Of a stretch of DNA of 64,000 nucleotides, positions 43,801 to 52,615 are shown piece by piece. The stretch's first letter is position 1. The number at the start of each line of letters is the position of its first letter. The position numbers were made by a program, and so were the translations under genes. This DNA comes from Nitrospirota bacterium (lineage in GTDB: Bacteria; Nitrospirota; UBA9217): positions 1,184,001-1,248,000 of the forward strand of contig CAWFSF010000006.1 of the NCBI GenBank assembly GCA_963818475.1. The letters run 5' to 3'. The notes under the pieces are model-generated. The model did no database searches. It saw nothing but the letters and a program-made list of their open reading frames with translations, and was not told the DNA's origin.

Positions 43801-46756
43801 CCTGCACGATATAATAGCCGGCTGAAGGAGGAGTTATTGAGCAAGAGGCAAGCTTATCGCTGCTTACGATTTCGCAGGTCCCAACTTCGGTGTCTACCAT
43901 CTGGCTTTCCGTTGTTTCCTGGCCGGGCCGGATGACCCTGCGCACCGCATGCCAATCGCGTTTGATCAGCTTCACGAGAAGCGGCGTACCCAAAGCTGCC
44001 TTGCCGTCAGCGTCAACAGCAATGGCAGAAACGGAAAGCGGCTTTTTTGCTTCTCCGAACCAGTCGGCCATCTTCATGCCGATAAGGACCGGGTTAGGAA
44101 GCACGGTCGCCATGGCAGAGGCACCCACGGTCTGTTCGCTCGGGTCCTTGACCTCGATGTCGAAGCTGTAGAGCATGGGACGGGCAACGTCGTCTTTCGG
44201 CACAGCAATAGTGATCGTACCCTTGCCCTCCGGATTCAGGTCGAACGCATTGGATGCAACGTTCGCGGAAGGCGCTGCTGCCGTTCCCTCGCGGTCGATC
44301 CATTCTGGAATGCCGAAGGAAACTCCCTCCCAGCCCTCGGGCCGGAAGATAATACTCCGTCTCGTAACGTTCCAGGAAGTGCGGGAGCCTGCCATGGGCG
44401 CGCCGAAGTAGTATTCTGCTTTGACCTCGGCCTTAAGCTCCTCTCCTGCTACGACCCTCGGCCTGTCCGGCGTCACCTTCGCCTTGAAATCAGGCGCGCG
44501 GAACTGCGCCGCCTGGAAGGTCCCGCGATATTTGAGGTTCATCGTCTTGGATGAGGCAACGACCGTATAATGACCGAGTGGCTGGTTTTTTTTCAGCGGA
44601 ATACTGATATTAAAAGTGCCGTATTCGCTCACCGTCACCGGTTCGAGTTTGACTCTTGCTCCCTGCGGGTCCCGGAGCTCGACCTCGTACACAGCACCAG
44701 CCTCTTTTTTAAGGTTTCCGTAGGAGAGATAGCGCACTACACCCTTCAGCTCAACAGTCTCCCCAAGCCTGTAGATCTGGCGGTCCGAGAATATCGTGCC
44801 AGCCGGGACCGGCCGCTCCGCTTCCCATGCAGGCGTTACGCCGAAGTTCCAGACCGGGGGATTCCCGTCGCCCTGTGCCTGCAACAGGGTCCAATCCGTG
44901 CCCTTTGAAGCGATCACCGAAAGCTTCGGAGGACGGGCATCGCCGTAGGATTCACGGTCATAGGATTCATCGTCTTCGTCTCCTTCGGCAGGCATATTTT
45001 CGTTCAATACCTTGTTCGAAATGGCGCGTTTGGTGCAGCTTAGAAGTTCTTTTTCGCTCAGAGCCAGCAATCCTGATGCATCGGTCGTTCCCGAAGCGCA
45101 CGATTGCGTTTTGTTCTCCTCACGATAGATCGAGACCTTGACGCCAGACACCGGAGCACCGGTTGCAAGGCTGTTCGCCATGAGCAGGCCTTCCTTGGGA
45201 GAGATCTTGAAATGCACCCCGAGGTCGGTCCGGAATATGAGGCCTGCATGGCTGATCTCGTTGTCCTTGTGGTAATTGAAGCGCCGTGCCTCTTCAGGAG
45301 CATAAAAATTGTACAGCACCGCGCCAAAACCGTCTGCATTGAACCAGCGTTTGAGATCAACCTCATGCCGGACCGCCTTGTTCTTTTCAGGAGCTCCGGG
45401 CATTGTCGTGTAGGCGCCTGGAAACCGGTCCACTAACGAACTGATGTTATCGCCAAGATCGCCGGTCCCGAGCAGGTCCTTGGGGTTCTTAACGCCGATG
45501 ATCTTGGAATAGAGCTTTTCGACTGCCTGTACGCCCACTGGCAGAATGGGGTCCACTTTTTTTGACACCACATACAGCCCCTGGCGCGCAACGATCGCCG
45601 CCTGAAGGTTCCCGGAGCGGAAGCGGGCATCACCCGGGTTCGCGAGCTTCTGGCCGTAAATATCCCTCAGCTCCTTTTGCAGGCTGAGCTCATAGCCCGT
45701 ATCAGGAGTGAGATAGGCATTGTTGATCGGTACGATGTCCCGCTGGTACGCGGAGAAGGGGGAACCCTGGGCAGCAGGACGCGCCTCGCGCTTTTCCCGG
45801 GCTTTCGTCATCTTTTCAAAGAAACCGAGCAGTTTGTCCTTGGCCGAGGCCCACCCCCCCTCCTTCAGCACTACGTTCTTGTCCATCTCTTCCTGCGAAA
45901 CACCGTTGGTGAACACCAATTGATATGACGGCTTGAGATCGTTGTACTCATTGTCGCGCTGGGGTTCGATGCGAAGGAAGCGGAAAGGCCCGTAGGTCTT
46001 GAACCAGGCGGATAGTGCTGCCGGCGTGGTAAGATTGCCCTCCTTGCCGCGCACCCCGGCAGAGACCGTGAGCGTATATTTGGTGTCGAGTTTCAGCGAG
46101 GCCCGGGGCTTCACTGCATATCGGAACTGATGCCGTTCCATGCCGAGTTCATCCGCATCCTGCGGGTTGTTTTTTTCTGCAGAGACTTCACAGGCAACAG
46201 GCACTTCTGATGCCATGTAGCGTGCTTCCATGAGGCGGAGGTGTTCCTTAAGCGACAAAACATTCAAAGCTTGGTTCGAGATAATGAATATCTGCTGGTC
46301 AGGGACAGCATGGTCCAGCTCATTGGGAGTGATATATTCTATACGCGGGCCCGGGGTGCGGAAGGTCCAGGCAAGTTCGGTCTTGAACATGCTTCCGTCA
46401 ACGCCCTTAATGCCTTTCGTTACCCTCACCCGGTATTCGGTCGCCAGGGTCAGGTGATGGGCCGGTTCAAACACCACGGCATTGGTGCCGAGAAGACGGA
46501 AGGCACCTTCAACGCGCGGAATCAGGCTGAAATGTGAAAGCACCTCTTTTCGTGCCGGATCGTCGAGCGTGCCGATGGGGACAACCGCTTTATTGAACAG
46601 CACCTGGATCTGGACCTGTCCATCGTTCTCGCCCTCAGGGCTGTGATGGGTGATCAGAAGGTCGGATGGGCTGCCTTGCGCAAGGCAGAGATGCGGGGCT
46701 AAGAGCGTTACAAGCAGAGTAATGATAGCAATGACTCCGGGGATGCGGCGGTTCAT
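40883..46756 (-). CDS. Bacterial alpha-2-macroglobulin with N-terminal Ig-like domains
   Basis: ~1957 aa; signal peptide; SDRQIYRLGE MG motif; LPDNLTQWR; thioester YPYGCLEQ (42368-42379); C-terminal LPAGLEP and MYEPE; GAGGAGG RBS. Confidence 0.93.
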   Translation of the reverse strand: MNRRIPGVIAIITLLVTLLAPHLCLAQGSPSDLLITHHSPEGENDGQVQIQVLFNKAVVPIGTLDDPARKEVLSHFSLIPRVEGAFRLLGTNAVVFEPAHHLTLATEYRVRVTKGIKGVDGSMFKTELAWTFRTPGPRIEYITPNELDHAVPDQQIFIISNQALNVLSLKEHLRLMEARYMASEVPVACEVSAEKNNPQDADELGMERHQFRYAVKPRASLKLDTKYTLTVSAGVRGKEGNLTTPAALSAWFKTYGPFRFLRIEPQRDNEYNDLKPSYQLVFTNGVSQEEMDKNVVLKEGGWASAKDKLLGFFEKMTKAREKREARPAAQGSPFSAYQRDIVPINNAYLTPDTGYELSLQKELRDIYGQKLANPGDARFRSGNLQAAIVARQGLYVVSKKVDPILPVGVQAVEKLYSKIIGVKNPKDLLGTGDLGDNISSLVDRFPGAYTTMPGAPEKNKAVRHEVDLKRWFNADGFGAVLYNFYAPEEARRFNYHKDNEISHAGLIFRTDLGVHFKISPKEGLLMANSLATGAPVSGVKVSIYREENKTQSCASGTTDASGLLALSEKELLSCTKRAISNKVLNENMPAEGDEDDESYDRESYGDARPPKLSVIASKGTDWTLLQAQGDGNPPVWNFGVTPAWEAERPVPAGTIFSDRQIYRLGETVELKGVVRYLSYGNLKKEAGAVYEVELRDPQGARVKLEPVTVSEYGTFNISIPLKKNQPLGHYTVVASSKTMNLKYRGTFQAAQFRAPDFKAKVTPDRPRVVAGEELKAEVKAEYYFGAPMAGSRTSWNVTRRSIIFRPEGWEGVSFGIPEWIDREGTAAAPSANVASNAFDLNPEGKGTITIAVPKDDVARPMLYSFDIEVKDPSEQTVGASAMATVLPNPVLIGMKMADWFGEAKKPLSVSAIAVDADGKAALGTPLLVKLIKRDWHAVRRVIRPGQETTESQMVDTEVGTCEIVSSDKLASCSITPPSAGYYIVQAGFKGRENVGTEARLTFYATGREMVGWSGTEYDRVEVLLDKDRYVPGETARALIKSPYPAAEMLFTVEREKFFIKKQQLAEGGAVMVEFIVTKEMIPNAYVGVALVRKGAPASGLEPEDDHQFKVGYAPFTVSAEEKRLQVSVAPDKKTARPGDELKVEFLVKDRTGKPVPSGELVVMVVDEAILALTGYAPPDLVSIIYPHRGLSVRMSDNRRFLLHQQKFSEKGNDGGGGDMMAPGVSVRQVFQNLAYYNPSLITDADGKASIMFKLPDNLTQWRVMAVAVTKDDYFGDGKAGATVSLPLVTRPVVPRFTRLGDSFKAGATVQVSGEVSGLVTIKASLPDKNGSIAFAGAEKELTTSLELKAGETRKVLFPYKANAKGSTLLRFTSHFEGTDKSGQTVSHDDAVQVTLAVQDLPPTETTVAVGETDKESLEKLNIPATGIRTDSGGLSVSLASTALSQLDEGAQYLVAYPYGCLEQTASLLLPLMELQELSKTFAFDLHATKPIPEVIKANLAKVLSLQNEDGGFKYWASDRESDPWISPYIAKILSRAEELHYDVPKEAKEKLGNYLKDRLRNIPSYMRLCSWRCIAYYRINILSGMKHIGLSDESYYQDYYKRRKELSFDTHIRLDALLSELPAWKEQSAILFGEIKKSMFITAATAHVEDRGELPGSWSWMSSPVINTSQALDLFLLREPDDPFVAKMARYILNARKNGRWRYTYENAAALDALLMVLKKKEAVEPDYTATVLLAGKKVMEIDREGYDTKLAEGNIEAKDLPTGASDLSIQKKGKGTLYYTMRYSYKLAGPQPPRQEGFYVERKISRFDAAKSTSIERESLKDIPLGQVAVVELTVIVPQAGYRFVVDDPLPAGLEPIDTSLKTTSKRYETDEEEQGSERNEYGWKYNYNPFNHVERHDDGVKLFADEIAAGVYRYKYMARATTPGVFELPGTTATLMYEPEQFGRGAEGTFSITEP

Positions 46757-46820
46757 GTGAAGCCTCCTCAAAGAAGCTGTAATGGGATAAGTTTGGTTCG
46801 GCAGGATTTCGATGAGGATG

Positions 46821-46851
46821 AGTATACACCAAGATAGCTGGAGGGTGTCAA
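46821..46851 (-). promoter_or_regulatory. Possible A2M promoter
   Basis: TTGACA-19 nt-TATACT; the spacer is longer than usual. Confidence 0.35.
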
Positions 46852-46990
46852 GATTTTCGAAGCGTTGATCGGGAGAATTTCAGGAATAGGTTATGTAATT
46901 AAGTGCAACAGCGCTAGTGTGGGCGAAGCCGTGTCTTCAGGAGCTTATTTTCCGGGTATTTCTGTTCTTTCTTGAGTACGCTAGTAATCC

Positions 46991-47018
46991 TTGCATTTTC
47001 CATCAAAAAAGGTATACT
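46991..47018 (+). promoter_or_regulatory. Sigma70-like promoter for RRM-rpsU, implying a ~260-nt leader
   Basis: TTGCAT-16 nt-TATACT. Confidence 0.45.
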
Positions 47019-47282
47019 AACCATAGAAATGAGCAAAGGGCAAGGCCCTCTCGTTTTGGAACGAAATGTCGCCCGCGCCTCATCTTCGTTAACTGACTCT
47101 TCCTGCTATCACCTTTTCTTATTTAAAAAGCGACAGCACGCCTGGTTGGCGAAAGATTCGGTTTGGAACGCGCATGCGGGTTCGCTCCCCTTGCTTGAGA
47201 ACGGCATAACCGCGGAGAAGACACATAACGCGCTGCGCGGCATTGACCGTCAGCGTGAATATGAGATCACACAGGAGGCAGC

Positions 47283-47602
47283 ATGGCAAAGAAACTATAT
47301 GTAGGGAACTTGTCGTATAACACCCAGGAGGAGGACTTACGCGAGGCATTCTCGAAGATCGGCGAGGTCCTGTCCGCAACGCTGATCATCGATCAGGCGA
47401 GCGGCAGGTCCAAGGGATTCGGTTTCGTGGAGATGGCGCAGGACGAGGACGCGGCCAAGGCGATCGCTACCCTGAACGGCACATCGTTCATGGACCGGAC
47501 CATCACGGTAAACGAGGCCAAGCCCAAGACCGAACGCTCAGGTTCGGCGGCGGCAGGGGTGATCGCGGCGGATACGGTGGAGGAGGAAGATCGTGGAGAT
47601 AA
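47283..47602 (+). CDS. RRM-domain RNA-binding protein with Gly/Arg-rich tail (one-base frameshift ~47543)
   Basis: RNP2 LYVGNL, RNP1 KGFGFVEM, VNEAKP. The shifted frame gives FGGGRGDRGGYGGGGRSWR, stop at 47600-47602. AGGAGG RBS. Confidence 0.88.
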
Positions 47603-47844
47603 GAGTCCAGTCACAGAACATCGAAAAGGCCCTGCGGGACCTGAAGAAGAAGATCCAGGTGGACGGCCTTATGGGGGAAATAAAGAAGCGCCGCCATTAC
47701 GAAAAGCCGTCGGTGAAAAAGAAGAACAAGCGGCTCGAGGCAGAGAAGCGAAGACGGAAGCTCCTGAAGCGCTCACCACGGCCATCAGGTTCGGGGCCGA
47801 GGCCGGGAAGGCCGTCGCCGTCATCCGCTTCATCGCACAGCTAA
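47593..47844 (+). CDS. rpsU: 30S ribosomal protein bS21 with Pro/Ser-rich C-terminal extension
   Basis: NIEKALR.LKKK...G...EIKKRRHYEKPS; GTG start with GGAGGAGG SD. Confidence 0.9.
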   Translation: MEIRVQSQNIEKALRDLKKKIQVDGLMGEIKKRRHYEKPSVKKKNKRLEAEKRRRKLLKRSPRPSGSGPRPGRPSPSSASSHS

Positions 47845-47947
47845 ATCCGGATTTGACGCGGGAATGATCTAAGGTTCTCGCATAAGGAGGTGATGAAATT
47901 TAGCAGCCTTGCGGCACGGTGCAAAGTTATACAATGCGGATCTCTCT

Positions 47948-48073
47948 TTATTTGCCGCCCATCGTCCACTCCAGCACGAACCACGTTACTACCAGCGCCG
48001 CTATCAGGTAAACGATCTTCCTGATGTTATTCCAGGCACTGCCTTTCCGGTTCTCCCAGCTTTTCTGGCTCAT
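47948..48073 (-). CDS. Small single-TM membrane protein (41 aa; true start may be the ATG at 48080 if an indel is present)
   Basis: MSQKSWENRKGSAWNNIRKIVYLIAALVVTWFVLEWTMGGK; AGGAG upstream; below the ORF-track size cutoff. Confidence 0.5.
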   Translation of the reverse strand: MSQKSWENRKGSAWNNIRKIVYLIAALVVTWFVLEWTMGGK

Positions 48074-48099
48074 TGCTCATGGTGCTCACTCCTGGACCT

Positions 48100-48243
48100 T
48101 TATATGTTCAGGTTTCTCTTGTTGCGATTGGGAAACCCGTTGCGCCCTCGTCGCCAAACCGCACATCGGAAGTATCTCAAAACACGAACAGTGCACGATA
48201 GAGATACCGCGTCATCGTCCTCTATTCCTATCTTGCGTTCCAT
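48100..48243 (-). CDS. Hypothetical small protein (47 aa)
   Basis: ATG at 48243 with GGAGG upstream; no recognisable motif. Confidence 0.25.
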   Translation of the reverse strand: MERKIGIEDDDAVSLSCTVRVLRYFRCAVWRRGRNGFPNRNKRNLNI

Positions 48244-48287
48244 GTGCTCCGAGCCTCCCGGCACGTTTGGGACGTTTTCGCTCATAA

Positions 48288-48328
48288 ATTATAAGGCAGG
48301 GCTCCATAGCGGAGCCCTGCCTTATAAT
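48288..48328. terminator. Perfect 18-bp hairpin downstream of hemB
   Basis: ATTATAAGGCAGGGCTCC-ATAGC-GGAGCCCTGCCTTATAAT. Confidence 0.75.
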
Positions 48329-48354
48329 AGTACAGATGCTTTTTAATAGCTGTT

Positions 48355-49333
<979 letters not shown>

Positions 49334-49354
49334 GGTATCTCCTGAAATTAATAC

Positions 49355-49456
49355 AAATTCTAAACTCGAAGCACGAAATCCTGAATATCTATAAGCACCA
49401 AACTTTGATTTGAATTTTACTATTATTTAGAGCTTAGCAATTCGTGCTTAGAGCTT
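49355..49456. repeat. Heptamer-periodic imperfect inverted repeat (iscA-like/hemB intergenic)
   Basis: Left AAATTCT AAACTCG AAGCACG AAATCCT. Reverse complement of right arm AAGCTCT AAGCACG AATTGCT AAGCTCT. Confidence 0.7.
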
Positions 49457-49461
49457 GTCTT

Positions 49462-49845
49462 TTAGCTGCAGCCGCACCCGCCGGAACCGCACCCGCCGCT
49501 GCTCTTCTTGCTCGGCTGGGAATCTTCCCCGCCGCAGCCGCAGCTGCCGCCTGCAGGTGCACCGTTCGGAAAGCCAATGACAAAGCCTTCACCGCGCTCG
49601 TCGCTCACAAATCCGAGCTCCGCGCCTGCAAGGGCCTTCGACGTTGATGCGTCCACATAGAGCTTTGCGCCATTCTTTTCAACGACCGTATCTCCGTCAC
49701 CTGACTTGTCGTCGATCATGATCTCATAGGAAGGGCTGCAGCATCCGCCGCCGGCCGCTGTTATGCGCAGGCCGTGGTTCGGCACCCCTTCTGCATTAAG
49801 GATTTCTTTTATTTTGTCTGCTGCCAAATCTGCGATCGTGATCAT
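49462..49845 (-). CDS. HesB/IscA-family A-type Fe-S carrier with Cys/Gly-rich tail
   Basis: LRI....GGCC.PSY, LYVD, GF.I..PN, SCGC, plus an extra CGSGGCGCS; AAGGAG RBS. Confidence 0.82.
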   Translation of the reverse strand: MITIADLAADKIKEILNAEGVPNHGLRITAAGGGCCSPSYEIMIDDKSGDGDTVVEKNGAKLYVDASTSKALAGAELGFVSDERGEGFVIGFPNGAPAGGSCGCGGEDSQPSKKSSGGCGSGGCGCS

Positions 49846-49913
49846 GCTATTCTCCTTTTTCGTCCCTTCATTCCCTTCTGGTCCAGCCATCACGGGAATA
49901 ACCAAGAGACCTG

Positions 49914-51441
49914 CTATTTTTTGTAAAATTCGACTATGGACTCGACAAAGGCCGGGATCGTATAGTCCTTCGGCATAATATCGACCTGCATGCCGTACTC
50001 TTCAGCTGTTTTTGCCGTTACCGGGCCGATACAGGCCACGTCAACGCCTGCCAGTAATGTTTTATACTCTTTTTGGCCGAGTATTTCAACAAAATTGTGG
50101 ACCGTTGAGGAGCTTGTGAACGTCACCGTCGATATCTTATGCTCAACAAAGAGCTTCCGCACTCGCTCCACATCAGCAACCGGCTTCACATTTTCATAGG
50201 CAGTTGCTACGGTTACGTCAGCGCCAAGCTCCCGAAGCTTGTCCGGGATAAGCTCCCGTGCCACTTTGGCACGCGGGTATCAGGAATCTTTTGCCTTTGA
50301 CCTTGGTACCGCCAAGCGCATCCAGCACGCCCTCTGCCTTGAATTCCGTTGGGACCAGGTCCGCCCGGAGCCCGTACTGTTCGAGCGATTCAGCTGTTTT
50401 CGGCCCCACAACGCAGATGTTCACGCCTTTCAGCATGCGCAGATCCTTGCCAAGGCTCCGGAGGCGCTCCATGAAGTACTTTACGGCATTGGCGCTGGTG
50501 AAGATCACCCAGCTATAGGATTCGATGGCCTGGATCGCGCTGTCCAGTTCATTCCAGCTCGAAGGCGGCACCACATCGATGGTCGGAAATTCTATGGTCG
50601 TGGCGCCCCGGTCGATGAGCTGCTCGGCAAAGATGCTGACCTGGTCGCGCGAGCGTGTCACGACCACCCGCTTACCGAAGAGCGGCTTGGATTCGTACCA
50701 GTTGAGTTTCTCCCGCAGCTTCACCACATCGCCGACAACGATGATCGCCGGTGGCCCGAGCTTAGCTTCTTTTACCTTCGGGATGATATCGCCGAGCGTA
50801 CCGGTCACGACGCGCTGGTCCGTCCGGGTGCCCCATTGGATAAGGGCGACCGGTGTCTCGGTTTTCCTGCCGTGCGTCAAAAGATTGTCAACGATGCTCT
50901 GAAGGTTCTTCATGCCCATGAAGAAGACCAGCGTGCCAACGCCCGTGGCGATCTTGTCCCAGTGTACCTTGGATTCAGGCTTGGTGGGGTCTTCGTGCCC
51001 GGTCACAAAAGCCACGCTCGCAGTATGGTCGCGATGGGTGAGCGGAATACCGGCATAGGTGGGAACTGCTGTTGCAGCGGTCACGCCAGGCACGACTTCG
51101 AAGGGAATGCCAGCGTCCACGAGATCTTCGGCCTCTTCGCCGCCCCTGCCGAAAATGAAAGGATCTCCGCCTTTCAACCGGGCAACGATCTTGCCTTCTT
51201 TTGCCGTGCGGACGATAAGATCGTTGATCTCTTCCTGCGGAAGCGTATGCTTGCCGCCCTGCTTACCCACGTAGACCAATTCCGCATCAGGCCTGCGGTG
51301 GTCGAGCAGCCGCTCGTTCGCGAGGTAATCGTAGATGATCACGTCGGCCTTTTTCACGCATTCGAGGCCCTTGACCGTGATCAGGCCTGGATCACCAGGC
51401 CCGGCGCCGATCAAATATACTTTTCCGATTGATTGAGTCAT
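49914..51441 (-). CDS. cobA: Uroporphyrinogen-III C-methyltransferase / uroporphyrinogen-III synthase fusion (CobA-HemD), frameshift ~50276
   Basis: VYLIGAGPGDPGLIT, RLKGGDPFIFGRGGEE; HemD part VVVTRS, FTSANAV, FTSSSTV, CIGPVT. Confidence 0.92.
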
Positions 51442-51513
51442 AGTTTGATTGTTACCAGGGAGAACATTGATAGCGCTTGAGATGCAGTAAAGAAGATGGA
51501 CCAAGCGACTTTA

Positions 51514-51592
51514 ACCGCTGAGACGCCGAGACGCAGAGAAGGTCTTCATTCGTTTCGGCATGCATTTCTCAGCGTCTCTGCGTCTCTGCGGT
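51514..51592. repeat. Octamer-periodic inverted repeat (hemC-cobA intergenic)
   Basis: 27-nt arms at 51514-51540 and 51566-51592, 24/27 complementary; unit CGCNGAGA x3. Confidence 0.85.
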
Positions 51593-51611
51593 ATAGTATG
51601 CCTTTTTTTAG

Positions 51612-52574
51612 TTAATTCTCCAGCAGGTTATTGCCGCTGAAGTCCGTATTATGGCCATATACTTCTCTCAGGATCACGTCAGCGCCCTGTTTCAGGAGCT
51701 TCTCCGCCAGGGTCACGCCGAGCTTCTCCGCCTTTTCTGCCTCGCCCTCGATCGTGTCCTTGATGATGCGCTTCCCGTCAACGCTGCCGACCAGGCCGAT
51801 GAGATGCAGCTTGCCGTTCACCATCTGACCGTAGCAGGCGATCGGCACCTGGCAGCCGCCTTCGAGCCTGCGCAGGAGTGCGCGTTCGCCCGTAACGCAG
51901 GTCCGCGTGTCCTGATGATTAAAGAAGGCGATAAGGTCGTTCAGTTCCCGGTCGTCCACCCTGCACTCGATGCCGAGCGCGCCCTGGCCGATGGCAGGCA
52001 GGCTGATTGCGGGGTCGAGGTATTCCGAAACGTTCTCGGCCAGGCCGAGACGCCGCACACCTGCCGCCGCAAGGATGATGGCGTCGAACTGCCCTTCCTT
52101 CAGCTTCCTGAGCCGCGTATCCACGTTGCCCCGGAGCTGCTCGATCTTGAAGTCGGGCCGGACGTTCATGAGCTGGGTCTGGCGCCTGAGGCTGCTCGTG
52201 CCGACCGTTGCGCCCTGCGGCAGGTCCTTGAACTTGATATTATTCCGCGTCAGAAGGGCATCGCGCGCATCTTCTCGCTTCGTGATGCAGGAAAGATGGA
52301 GTCCGTCGGGGAACAGCGTCGGCACATCCTTCATGCTGTGCACGGCGATGTCGATCTCATTGGCAAGCATGGCCTCTTCGATCTCTTTGACGAACAGCCC
52401 CTTGCCGCCGACCTGCGCCAGCGGCACGTCGAGGATCTTGTCCCCCGTGGTCTTGATCTTGGTCAGGGAAACGGTCATTCCCGGATATTTTTTTTCAAGC
52501 TCCGACTTCACCCATTCGGCCTGCCACAGCGCCAACGCGCTCGCCCGTGTACCGATCCTGATCTCTTTTCTCAA
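51612..52574 (-). CDS. hemC: Hydroxymethylbilane synthase
   Basis: IGTRAS.LALWQ, GKGLFVKEIE, AVHSMKD, GTSSLRR, RGNVDTRL, LEGGCQVP. Confidence 0.96.
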   Translation of the reverse strand: MRKEIRIGTRASALALWQAEWVKSELEKKYPGMTVSLTKIKTTGDKILDVPLAQVGGKGLFVKEIEEAMLANEIDIAVHSMKDVPTLFPDGLHLSCITKREDARDALLTRNNIKFKDLPQGATVGTSSLRRQTQLMNVRPDFKIEQLRGNVDTRLRKLKEGQFDAIILAAAGVRRLGLAENVSEYLDPAISLPAIGQGALGIECRVDDRELNDLIAFFNHQDTRTCVTGERALLRRLEGGCQVPIACYGQMVNGKLHLIGLVGSVDGKRIIKDTIEGEAEKAEKLGVTLAEKLLKQGADVILREVYGHNTDFSGNNLLEN

Positions 52575-52615
52575 TGAAAGGCTCCTTTAAAAACTATTTG
52601 GTATTGCTAAACATT

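Noticed and set aside
47030-47090. c-di-GMP riboswitch or sigma54 promoter in the RRM leader
   Set aside because: It lacks the conserved tetraloop/receptor core, and GG-to-GC spacing at both TTGGAACG sites is not the 10 nt required for -24/-12.
47283-47867. 194-aa RRM ORF fully overlapping rpsU as a dual-coding gene
   Set aside because: A one-base correction at ~47543 restores the typical Gly/Arg tail and a stop at 47602, so the long version is probably an artefact.
47909-48346. 145-aa plus-strand ORF after rpsU
   Set aside because: TTG start too far from the SD, atypical composition, overlaps a better-supported minus-strand small ORF and runs through the hemB terminator hairpin.
49462-49845. 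Selenocysteine-containing HesB-like protein
   Set aside because: No in-frame TGA; the positions are ordinary Cys codons.
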